DNA from: a virus | Taxonomy: Duplodnaviria; Caudoviricetes | IMG/VR virus record: IMGVR_UViG_3300025669_000001 | Coordinates: 1 to 52,303 of that record | Direction: 5' to 3' (one strand) | Length of the DNA stretch: 52,303 bases | Shown: positions 44,063-52,303 of the stretch, one piece after another | How positions within the stretch are numbered: position 1 is the first letter of the stretch | How the letters are laid out: each line of letters starts with the position of its first letter | Translations under genes and position numbers: made by a program | The notes under the pieces: model-generated | The model's input: the letters and a program-made list of their open reading frames with translations, nothing else | Database searches by the model: none | Told to the model about the DNA's origin: nothing

Positions 44063-44497
44063 ATGGCATTACCTACAATCACAGCAGCAGAGATACGATA
44101 CAGGTTAAGCACTTTGACATCTTTGGATGTAACTGATTTGCAACTTGCTTCAGCTTCTTTTATTCCGGCAACCGATGCAGTATTTAATAAGCTTATCGCA
44201 TCCACTACAACACTTGACGCTGACCAGACCGCACTAGTTAAAGCTGCAAAGATTGCACATACTTGCTTGGCGGTTGTAAGTTCTGCTCCTGTTCAATTAA
44301 CCAAGACATCAGTTATTGATCCAAAGTATATTCCGGCTGCTCTTAAACAAGACCTACTTAACAGGTTACAAAAAGAGATGGATGATTTACTTGACAGTGC
44401 AGGATATTCTCAATTTACTTTTTATGTAGGCAATGCAAGCGTTGACGATGTAGTCAATGACGGTGATCCATTATTTCATATACATGGACTTGTTTAA
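44063..44497 (+). CDS. Putative head-tail adaptor
   Basis: Size, helical pattern (ITAAEIR), position. Confidence 0.55.
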   Translation: MALPTITAAEIRYRLSTLTSLDVTDLQLASASFIPATDAVFNKLIASTTTLDADQTALVKAAKIAHTCLAVVSSAPVQLTKTSVIDPKYIPAALKQDLLNRLQKEMDDLLDSAGYSQFTFYVGNASVDDVVNDGDPLFHIHGLV

Positions 44498-45000
44498 TGA
44501 GTGAGCAGACCAGATATTTATTAGACCTTTACAGGGAAGCAGATGCGTTTGTATTGCGCACGTATTCAGGTACGGTTTGCCCGTGTTGGGCTTGGCATGG
44601 AACGGGTTATTCTAAAGATTGGCATAGGACGGGGAATCCAGGTGCAGCAGTTGCGGATTGTGGCGGTACTGGAATTCTGGTTGCTGGCAGAGTTACGACT
44701 GATACTAATTTGAAAGCAAGATTAATACCGACAAGTAACGCAGCCACAGCATTACAGGAGAGGGATTTACCAGAAGAGTACAGGACTGCAATAGGCAACA
44801 TCAAAGAGGAAACACTTTACTTAATCGGAACAATTAATATTGCTCAATCTGAATCAACACAATTGCCAGTGTTTTACAGTTTGCTAAATGTTGTTGAGCA
44901 TCAATCCGAAATAAGATATGACAGTAAGGTTTACAAGGTAAGAAAAGTAGACCCAATTTACAATGTAGCGGAACAAGCTTTATTGGTGAGACATGAGTAA
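44497..45000 (+). CDS. Putative head closure protein
   Basis: CPCW..DCGGTG; YDSKVYKV; position. Confidence 0.55.
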   Translation: MSEQTRYLLDLYREADAFVLRTYSGTVCPCWAWHGTGYSKDWHRTGNPGAAVADCGGTGILVAGRVTTDTNLKARLIPTSNAATALQERDLPEEYRTAIGNIKEETLYLIGTINIAQSESTQLPVFYSLLNVVEHQSEIRYDSKVYKVRKVDPIYNVAEQALLVRHE

Positions 45001-45430
45001 CAAGGTGGGAATGTCATCTAAGGGATGGTCACGAAAGATGAACAGAATGATTCGTGAAGTAAGACCTGAGATATTGAGAGTTGCCAGAGAGTCAAGCGAC
45101 CTAGTTTTAACTGAGACTGTCAGGAATGTTTCCGGCCCCGGTATAGGAGAAAGGCCAAGCAGTGATAATCCAGCTATCGGGAAAATGCCAGTCCCAATAA
45201 GATCAAAGCAATTGAGGCGTTCCATAAAGAGGGTGACAATTTTCCCGTGGTTATTTGCGATACATGCAGATCCGACTATTGCACCACATGCAAAATGGGT
45301 TCACAACGGTACAAGGAAAATGAAACCCCGTAGATTCTTATGGGACACAATAAAGAAGAACTATAGGAAAATACATTCAGCCATGAATAAAGATGTATTG
45401 AAAAAGATAAGGGCAATAGGCAGAGCGTAA
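44993..45430 (+). CDS. HK97 gp10-like tail completion protein
   Basis: VPIRSKQLRRSI..APHAKWVHNGTRKMKPRRFL. Confidence 0.8.
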   Translation: MSNKVGMSSKGWSRKMNRMIREVRPEILRVARESSDLVLTETVRNVSGPGIGERPSSDNPAIGKMPVPIRSKQLRRSIKRVTIFPWLFAIHADPTIAPHAKWVHNGTRKMKPRRFLWDTIKKNYRKIHSAMNKDVLKKIRAIGRA

Positions 45431-45921
45431 TGGCAATCAGAAAAAACAATACAAGCGACATGCAGGCGGTTATCGTTGCTCTCTTAAAATCCTTGCAAAG
45501 CTCTCAGCCGTGGGATTCATGGGATGTAGTTTTTGGTTACCCAAATGAAGAAAGAATATTAGCAGCAGATAAAAATATAATATACGTAGAAACGCCAATA
45601 CAAGAAACTCTTGCTTCAGAGCAATTTGGCGGAGAACCAAGAAACGAATGGTTTTGCACAATAGGGTACTGGAATTCAATTGACGAGGGCGGTCGAGAAG
45701 AAGCTGGTACATGGAATGCAAACATGGTTACTTTGATTCAAGGGAAAAGAACCTTGTATGCATATACGTTTGATGTTGAAATAGGCGGTACAACTTTTAG
45801 CAGTACTACCCTGGGGGCGCAGGGTGTATATCTTCAGACTATTTCCTCACCAATAGAGATTGACAAAGAAACAGATGAAGACGATTACAGAATGGAAGTT
45901 CAAATTAGTATAACAGCATAG
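45430..45921 (+). CDS. Putative tail terminator
   Basis: Position before the major tail protein; size. Confidence 0.55.
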   Translation: MAIRKNNTSDMQAVIVALLKSLQSSQPWDSWDVVFGYPNEERILAADKNIIYVETPIQETLASEQFGGEPRNEWFCTIGYWNSIDEGGREEAGTWNANMVTLIQGKRTLYAYTFDVEIGGTTFSSTTLGAQGVYLQTISSPIEIDKETDEDDYRMEVQISITA

Positions 45922-45930
45922 GAGTATGAT

Positions 45931-46725
45931 ATGGGAGTAGGAGCAAATTTAGGCGCACCCGGAGCAAACGATAAAATTCTTGGTAAGTTTACAAATATGA
46001 GATTTTATTTACCAGAAGCGACTGCACCGGAGAACCCCGCAACAGCAACAAGTCTTTACGGAGTACAGGCTTTTGATTTTGGCGATCCTGACATAAAATT
46101 CACATCTGAAGTATTTCAGTTTGGTGGCGGTGATGAATTTTACAATATGGAAATCGGCAGATCATGGCCCTTCACCATTGAGTTTTTACAGGGCAAGGCA
46201 TGGGCTGAGTTAGCAAAGCTTTTAGGGATCACTCTTAGCTTATCAGGAACTACACTTGTACCACTGGTAAAGAAGAATGATTATCCTAACTTTATCCTTG
46301 AAGCAGTATGTCGGCAAACAGACAATGATACTCACGTTGGCAGCGTAATTATACCTGACATCATTTTGAGTGACATTACATTTAGTCAGGTTATTGACGA
46401 TGACACTTTCACGGTAACGGGAATGTTTAAACGAGTTCCCGCATTGCTTATGGCAGGCGCAGAATTAGTCTATGAACAGTTCGTTGGTGATGGCTCAACA
46501 ACAGATTTCACACTTGCATCAACACCGCTTGAATTGACAACTGCAACAGAGTGGGATGAATACGATCTTGATAATACGTTCTACATTAAAGAGAAAGCAT
46601 CCGCAGCAAGTACCGGAACAATTAAGAAATCAGGATATAGTATTACTACCACAACTCTGACCGCTGCAACAGCACCCGCAGTCGGAACCGTTGTACAGAT
46701 ACTTTACGCAAAAGCAACAGTATAA
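45931..46725 (+). CDS. Major tail tube protein
   Basis: Position; C-terminal add-on domain FVGDGSTTDFTL..APAVGTVVQILY. Confidence 0.7.
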   Translation: MGVGANLGAPGANDKILGKFTNMRFYLPEATAPENPATATSLYGVQAFDFGDPDIKFTSEVFQFGGGDEFYNMEIGRSWPFTIEFLQGKAWAELAKLLGITLSLSGTTLVPLVKKNDYPNFILEAVCRQTDNDTHVGSVIIPDIILSDITFSQVIDDDTFTVTGMFKRVPALLMAGAELVYEQFVGDGSTTDFTLASTPLELTTATEWDEYDLDNTFYIKEKASAASTGTIKKSGYSITTTTLTAATAPAVGTVVQILYAKATV

Positions 46726-46738
46726 AAGAGGGATAAAG

Positions 46739-47086
46739 ATGAGTAGAGAGCCAGAATCTAAAAGCAATATAGTTGAAGTTGCAGCAAACTATGCATTAAC
46801 GGGACAGCTTTACGAAGGGTTAAAAATTGTATATCCACCAAGTAACCGGAAACCCTTTGCAACTGCCGTGTATAATAAATGCGCAAAACTTATTCCTCAA
46901 GATGAATTATTCGTGGCTCAGATTGATAGTAGTGGGGCGGTCGTTATGGCTGCCCCATTATTTAAGAGTGGCGAGTCTGGACAAATGTCTTTAGAAGAAG
47001 CTGAGACAATTGTTAAGTGGGGAAAATCGGGAGTCATAAAAGGCTTCTTTGAAATCATTGGTAAAAATGGAGAAGAAAAGAAATGA
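46739..47086 (+). CDS. Hypothetical tail-module protein
   Basis: GAGGG RBS before ATG 46739. Confidence 0.6.
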   Translation: MSREPESKSNIVEVAANYALTGQLYEGLKIVYPPSNRKPFATAVYNKCAKLIPQDELFVAQIDSSGAVVMAAPLFKSGESGQMSLEEAETIVKWGKSGVIKGFFEIIGKNGEEKK

Positions 47087-47676
47087 AGAATTCATTCTTA
47101 GACAAAATCAAAGAGAAGCAAAAAGAAAGAAACCTGTATCAGGATTTTGAATTACTAAGCGTACCAGTAAGATTATCAAATGTTGATATGCAAAGTATCA
47201 TGATTGAGATTAGAGATTTCAAAGTTACACTAACTGAGAAATACGAGAGCGGTGTTTACAAGGGGAAAAAGGTTAACGAAGTTGAGTGGAATAAGTACTT
47301 GACTAAGAGACGTGAAGCATTAGAAGCACAACATAGTGATGATTCTGAAAAGATAGAAGAAGCCATGCAGGCAGAGGTTGAGAATAAACCTAAGTCTGAA
47401 GCAGAGAGATTAGCAGGGCAAGAGGCCACATCGGACGCAATGTTTTCTATACTTCCTACATTCTTTACTAATCCAGTAACGGGTGAAAGGGTATTGCCAA
47501 GAGGCTCAAAAGACCTTGAAGAGTTTACGGCAATTGTCCGTGGTAGCGTTGAAATGATTACAGCAATATCACAAAACTTTGTTGCATTGCAATCCAAGAT
47601 GGATGAATTGACTGATGAAGTAAAAAACTTGCCAGGGGAGACTGCCTCCCCGATTACGTCCTCAGATTCAAAATAG
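47083..47676 (+). CDS. Tail assembly chaperone (gpG-like)
   Basis: Upstream of tape measure; slippery site near the 3' end. Confidence 0.75.
   Translation: MKNSFLDKIKEKQKERNLYQDFELLSVPVRLSNVDMQSIMIEIRDFKVTLTEKYESGVYKGKKVNEVEWNKYLTKRREALEAQHSDDSEKIEEAMQAEVENKPKSEAERLAGQEATSDAMFSILPTFFTNPVTGERVLPRGSKDLEEFTAIVRGSVEMITAISQNFVALQSKMDELTDEVKNLPGETASPITSSDSK
47622..47651 (+). promoter_or_regulatory. -1 programmed ribosomal frameshift signal
   Basis: A-AAA-AAC (47622-47628) in the correct phase, 6-nt spacer, hairpin GGGGAG-ACTGC-CTCCCC; -1 frame open to 48011. Confidence 0.85.
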
Positions 47677-48011
47677 GTGAACGGTTCGGAGTACTGCCGA
47701 CATCTAAAGAGGTGGATGCTATAATTGAAGACGATTACATGAAGGCTTTATATATAGGAATGATGTCAACAGTGAAAACGAATGAAGATGTCATACTTGA
47801 ATTCTTGATGAAGAGATTGCCATATTTATTTGACAGAGTTGGAAACGCTGCTCTAAGGGGTGGCGTAAATGCAAGGACAGACAAGATTAAAAACATGACA
47901 AAAGACATGGATGAATTATATAAACCAAAAGAGAAAAAGAAACGTGGACTAATCGGGAGAATGTTCAACTTTCCCGGATCTAACAAGAACGTTCAAATAG
48001 TGAATGGGTAA
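47628..48011 (+). CDS. Tail assembly chaperone frameshift extension (gpT-like)
   Basis: The -1 frame LARGDCLPDYVLRFKIGERFGVLPTSKEVDAI.. joins track ORF 47712..48011. Confidence 0.8.
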   Translation, partial: LARGDCLPDYVLRFKIGERFGVLPTSKEVDAIIEDDYMKALYIGMMSTVKTNEDVILEFLMKRLPYLFDRVGNAALRGGVNARTDKIKNMTKDMDELYKPKEKKKRGLIGRMFNFPGSNKNVQIVNG

Positions 48012-48013
48012 CG

Positions 48014-51000
48014 ATGGCTAGTATTGGCGGATTAGGCGGACTTGGAGACATAGTTGCATTTGTAGGCGTGAGTGGCGATGCTCAGTTTATAGGCAAAATG
48101 CAAGCAATGGACAGTCAGGCACAGGCTACGTCTAAAAATGTAGACAAGGCCCTGAAGGTGTCTATGGTAGCTGCTGCTGCTGCAATTGGAATCGCAGCGG
48201 GTGCAGCAATCAAGTTTGAATCTAGTTTTGCCGGTGTTACAAAAACGGTTGACGGCCTTCGTGATCCTATGGGTAATCTTAACGCTGAAGGTCTTGCGCT
48301 TGCCGAAAGCTTTAGAAAACTTTCACTTGAAGTTCCAATATCAGTTAATGAATTAAACAAGATTGGTGAATTAGGCGGTCAGTTGGGAATAGCAAAGTCC
48401 GACCTAATCGGGTTTACCGACACCATTGCAAAGCTTGGAGTTACTACAGATTTAACAATTGAAGCAGCAGCGAGTTCTATGGCTAGATTTGTTAACATAA
48501 CTCAAAAAGTCGCACCCGAAGGAATGACCGCAGCCCAACAGATTGAGCGTTTAGGATCTACGGTTGTTGATCTTGGAAACAACTTCGCAACAACCGAGAG
48601 TGCGATACTCGAAATGTCTTCACGTATTGCCGGTGCTGGTTCTCAGGTTGGATTATCACAAAGTGACATCATGGCATTTAGTGCTGCATTGTCATCGGTC
48701 GGAGTTGAGGCTCAAGCTGGCGGAACATCTATAAGTAAAGCGTTTATAAAAATTGCTCAGTCGGTTGCTAATGGTGACGATAATTTGGGACTGTTTGCAA
48801 AGACCGCAGGGAAAAGCATCCCAGAGTTTTCAAAACTATTTGAAGAAGATGCAGCCGGTGCAATGGTTTCATTCTTTGAAGGACTTGACAATGTATCTGA
48901 AAGTGGCGGAAATGTATTTGGCGTATTGGAGCAATTGGGAATTACAGAAACAAGACTGAGGGACGTATTTCTACGTGCATCATCTGCAAGTGGCATATTC
49001 ACAAGTGCGTTAAAGAAAGGCAAGAAAGCTTTTGAAGATAATAACGCACTAGCGAAAGAAGCAGACCAGAGATTCGGCACTATGGAATCTCAACTTAAAC
49101 TTGTAGGGAATATCCTCAACGATGCATTTATAGACATTGGTCATAAGTTATTGCCAGTGTTTAAGTCAATAACTACTTTCTTTAAAGAAAATCCACAGGC
49201 TATTGCTGACTTTGTTAAAGGACTTGGATCGGTTGTCATCGCAGCCGGATTAGTCTCAGCAGCGATAAAGATTGTGTCGCTACGGTTAGCAACTGGGATG
49301 AAAGCCATTAATGCATCTATCGGATTATATGGATCTCTTGTAATTGCGATAATAGCTACTGTAAATGCAGCGGATCAGTGGAAGGATTCAAAGGAGCTTG
49401 AGCGCAAGGCAACCGAAGACGCAAATGAAGTAATAAAGCGTGGCACTGAAAACTATATGGATATGATTGACGCTGTTGTGGAACTCGGGAAGCATGGTGA
49501 TGATTTTATTATATTCAACGGAAAATTAATGAAAGCCAGTGAAGCATCTTATGCGCTTGGCACATCTCTTGAAGCTATGAGTAAATCAGGTTCTACTATG
49601 GGTGGAACCGTAGAATTATCATTTAATAAAGTTGATATTGCAGCAGCACAAGCAGCCAAGGCAACGGCAATCGCAGCAGCAAAGGCAGCAGAGCAAGCAA
49701 AAAAAACTGGCGAGTTAACTATCGTAACAGAAGAATTAAAAAAGCGTACTATCGAAACAGTTGATTCAATAAATAAAGAAATAGCTGCACTAGAAAAGGA
49801 CTTAAAAACAAAGGGCATAACCGCAGGGGCAACAAGAGACCTTACCAATGAAATTAAAGACCTTGAAGATAGGCTGAAACCAACGATAACCGCAGAGCAA
49901 TTAATGACGGCTGCGCTTTCTTTTAATGCCGGTATAATGGAAAACGTAAGCAAAGCAACTGATAAGGCTATAGGAAAAACAAAGACATACGAGGAGCAAT
50001 TAAAAGATACTAAAGAAGCCCAAAAGAAAATGAACGATCAGGCCATGAAAGCCGTTGGTGCATTCGGTGCAATGTATGATGCAATCGGAGGTGGCGATAG
50101 TGTTATAGATGGGTTTGTGACATCGTTTGAACAATTTGCATCAGGTAATTTTATCGGTGGGACTATATCGGCGTTAGGTGCATTGTGGGAAGCAATGGCT
50201 CCACCTGAAATGATAACAAGAACACAAGCATTTAGCGATGCCAGTATAAAAACTGAGGATTCAGTAAAGAAAGAAATAGCGGCACTGTCTGATCTTGCGG
50301 CTAATTATGAATTAACTGATTTTGAATTAGAGCAAGTATTGGAAAAGATTAGATCGCTTAATGACCAGCTAGGAAAGACAACTTATGTCAAGACTATTGA
50401 AGACTTACAAATATGGAGTGCTGCCGTTAGGGGTGTTGGCGAGGCCTATGCTGAATTGTATTTCCAATCAAGGCAGGTAGCAGACAATCTCGCACATCCA
50501 TCTCAGGCCACTAATGATGCGTTTTGGGAAATGCATACAGCAGGATTGTCAGTTGTTGAAAAGTTGGAAAAAATAAAAGAGTTAATGGCTAATCCAGATG
50601 CGAGCACCGAGTGGCTTGAATTCTTGACAGCAAAGTCAGACGAATTAACGGCCTCACTACAAGCGGCTGAAGACGCAATATTGGACGCAATGGGAGAAGC
50701 GGTACAATCTGCAATTATTGCCACGGCTGCTGAAATTGCCGCACTTGAAGGTCAAATAGCTGTCTGGGAACAACAAATGAAGGACATTGATCTTGAGACA
50801 GAAAAAAACATTGCACCATTAAACGATGAACTGGACAGACTTAGTACACTTATTGCTGATCTCCAAGAACAAAAGATAAACATTCAAATACAAGCTGATA
50901 CAGATATTGCAGAGCAACAGGCTATTATTACAGCATACACAACCTTCATTGAAAAAATGAAATCAGCCGACAATATAAACCTTGACAACTTGCATGATGA

Positions 51001-51832
51001 ATTAGAGGAAACGCTTGGACTTACCAAAGCTATAACAATAAGTTTTGGTGAAATGAACGCTGCTATGCTGCAAGATTATACACAATTTGAAAAAGACATG
51101 CAAGCTGTCAATGATGCCATAGATGATTTGACATTCTTTGAAATAGATTTTGACACAACAACCGCAGATGAACAAATAAACTCTGCCATCATTAGAATGC
51201 AGGATTATCTAGCAACACTAACACCCGGATCACCAGCATATGACGCTGCAAAGAAAGCCCTTGACGCAATGTCTGAAAAGTTTACAGATATGGGCGGTGA
51301 GATTGACAGAGACAAGGCTTATGAATTCGACATATCAGAGGCCGAGAGAAAAGCCGCAGAGGCAGAAGCGGCAATTGGTGACATATCAACAAAGGCCACT
51401 GAAGACAAAGGAATGATTGATCTTGACATTTCACAATTACACCTGAAGATTTTCCAAGCGATGCAAGCAGTCAAGGGATGGAAAACTTTTGCAGAGGGCG
51501 AGAAGGCATCTATTCAAATAAAGATTGACGATGCAAAGTTGGAGATTGATGAGTTATTAACATACATGAATAAATTAACGGACACCACAGTAACAATAAA
51601 GGTGAGGTATGAGTTATTAAATAGCCCACCAGACGGATTAACAAGTCTATCGGGTAGTGGCGTTGCGGATATCCTAGCATCGCCAGAGGTCAATACTACT
51701 GTAAACGTTCCTGCACCCGTTATCCAATTAAGCAACATTAACCCGCTTGCAGAGGTTGCGCATGTTGATAACGTTGTAGATCCAAGACAGCTTGAAACAT
51801 CACGATTCACTATAAAGAGAGGAAGCTTTTAA
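48014..51832 (+). CDS. Tape measure protein (TP901-type core)
   Basis: 1272 aa, Ala-rich helical; FESSFAGVTKTVD..LGNNFATTES..AQAGGTSIS. Confidence 0.95.
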   Translation: MASIGGLGGLGDIVAFVGVSGDAQFIGKMQAMDSQAQATSKNVDKALKVSMVAAAAAIGIAAGAAIKFESSFAGVTKTVDGLRDPMGNLNAEGLALAESFRKLSLEVPISVNELNKIGELGGQLGIAKSDLIGFTDTIAKLGVTTDLTIEAAASSMARFVNITQKVAPEGMTAAQQIERLGSTVVDLGNNFATTESAILEMSSRIAGAGSQVGLSQSDIMAFSAALSSVGVEAQAGGTSISKAFIKIAQSVANGDDNLGLFAKTAGKSIPEFSKLFEEDAAGAMVSFFEGLDNVSESGGNVFGVLEQLGITETRLRDVFLRASSASGIFTSALKKGKKAFEDNNALAKEADQRFGTMESQLKLVGNILNDAFIDIGHKLLPVFKSITTFFKENPQAIADFVKGLGSVVIAAGLVSAAIKIVSLRLATGMKAINASIGLYGSLVIAIIATVNAADQWKDSKELERKATEDANEVIKRGTENYMDMIDAVVELGKHGDDFIIFNGKLMKASEASYALGTSLEAMSKSGSTMGGTVELSFNKVDIAAAQAAKATAIAAAKAAEQAKKTGELTIVTEELKKRTIETVDSINKEIAALEKDLKTKGITAGATRDLTNEIKDLEDRLKPTITAEQLMTAALSFNAGIMENVSKATDKAIGKTKTYEEQLKDTKEAQKKMNDQAMKAVGAFGAMYDAIGGGDSVIDGFVTSFEQFASGNFIGGTISALGALWEAMAPPEMITRTQAFSDASIKTEDSVKKEIAALSDLAANYELTDFELEQVLEKIRSLNDQLGKTTYVKTIEDLQIWSAAVRGVGEAYAELYFQSRQVADNLAHPSQATNDAFWEMHTAGLSVVEKLEKIKELMANPDASTEWLEFLTAKSDELTASLQAAEDAILDAMGEAVQSAIIATAAEIAALEGQIAVWEQQMKDIDLETEKNIAPLNDELDRLSTLIADLQEQKINIQIQADTDIAEQQAIITAYTTFIEKMKSADNINLDNLHDELEETLGLTKAITISFGEMNAAMLQDYTQFEKDMQAVNDAIDDLTFFEIDFDTTTADEQINSAIIRMQDYLATLTPGSPAYDAAKKALDAMSEKFTDMGGEIDRDKAYEFDISEAERKAAEAEAAIGDISTKATEDKGMIDLDISQLHLKIFQAMQAVKGWKTFAEGEKASIQIKIDDAKLEIDELLTYMNKLTDTTVTIKVRYELLNSPPDGLTSLSGSGVADILASPEVNTTVNVPAPVIQLSNINPLAEVAHVDNVVDPRQLETSRFTIKRGSF

Positions 51833-52275
51833 TGGCAACAGCTTTAAGAATTGTACCATACACGACCGCTTGGAATGTTGGTGACGGTGAATATGAATCC
51901 ACCGCTGCAACTCCTATTGATTTTGAAGTTGAAGAAGTTGTTGGAGATAGTATAAAGTTTTTACAGAAAACGGTTATGACTCAGCTTTCACAGAAACAAC
52001 CTTCGTTTTATTATGATACCGATGTGCTAGGAGCAAGCCCAACATTGGGGCAGATTTTAAAACTTAGCCTATTGGAATATTACGGGACAACACATGCTAA
52101 AATAGTTAGCCTATTCAATAGTAACTACACGATATTTGACATCTACTTGAATTACATTGAAGACATTAACACAAAGACACAATTTGTATTAAGCCTAAAC
52201 AGAAAAAAGGTATACAGTTTCGGAGCGTCCGCTGCATTTATCTCACACGCACTCACATTCTACAGGTCTGAATAA
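51832..52275 (+). CDS. Putative distal tail protein
   Basis: Directly after tape measure; TAATG-coupled on both sides. Confidence 0.6.
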   Translation: MATALRIVPYTTAWNVGDGEYESTAATPIDFEVEEVVGDSIKFLQKTVMTQLSQKQPSFYYDTDVLGASPTLGQILKLSLLEYYGTTHAKIVSLFNSNYTIFDIYLNYIEDINTKTQFVLSLNRKKVYSFGASAAFISHALTFYRSE

Positions 52276-52303
52276 TGGCATTTACCGCACAAATGAAAAA
52301 GGC
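52177..52303. repeat. Terminal overlap identical to 1-127
   Basis: Exact identity. Confidence 0.97.

Noticed and set aside
1435-51810. All minus-strand ORFs in the track
   Set aside because: Short, lie antisense to well-supported + genes or across promoters, and show no recognisable motifs

Overview
This window is an apparently complete, circularly assembled ~52.2-kb tailed-phage genome of siphovirus type. Bases 1-127 equal 52177-52303, an assembler overlap. All credible genes lie on the + strand. Order from a terminator/promoter boundary at ~6.36-6.49 kb: early and accessory genes (short C5-MTase-like protein, Rad52/Sak-like annealing protein plus YqaJ exonuclease, nucleotide-metabolism genes); replication (HNH, DUF1376/YdaU-like initiator, DnaB, RtcB, SSB); a DNA-modification region (GNAT-like/amino-methyltransferase fusion plus radical SAM; ParB-N plus Mom-like GNAT); packaging and head genes interrupted by promoter-led inserts (terS, terL, portal, gpF-like, GT9 glycosyltransferase, protease/scaffold, capsid); tail genes (-1 frameshifted chaperone, tape measure); and lysis. 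No integrase, repressor, CRISPR or RT was recognised. The most notable observation is a 76-nt tRNA-Gly-like cloverleaf (29855-29930) encoded in-frame inside the 3' end of the mom-like gene. It has a perfect acceptor stem, G1:C72, C2:G71, U73, CCA and C35/C36, but non-canonical D/T loops and a bulged T-stem, suggesting a dedicated non-ribosomal glycyl donor for DNA hypermodification. Also notable are two copies of an A-B-A'-B' structured leader RNA and four structural-module proteins with Sec signal peptides followed by Gln. All product calls come from motifs and gene context read by eye; no database search was run.
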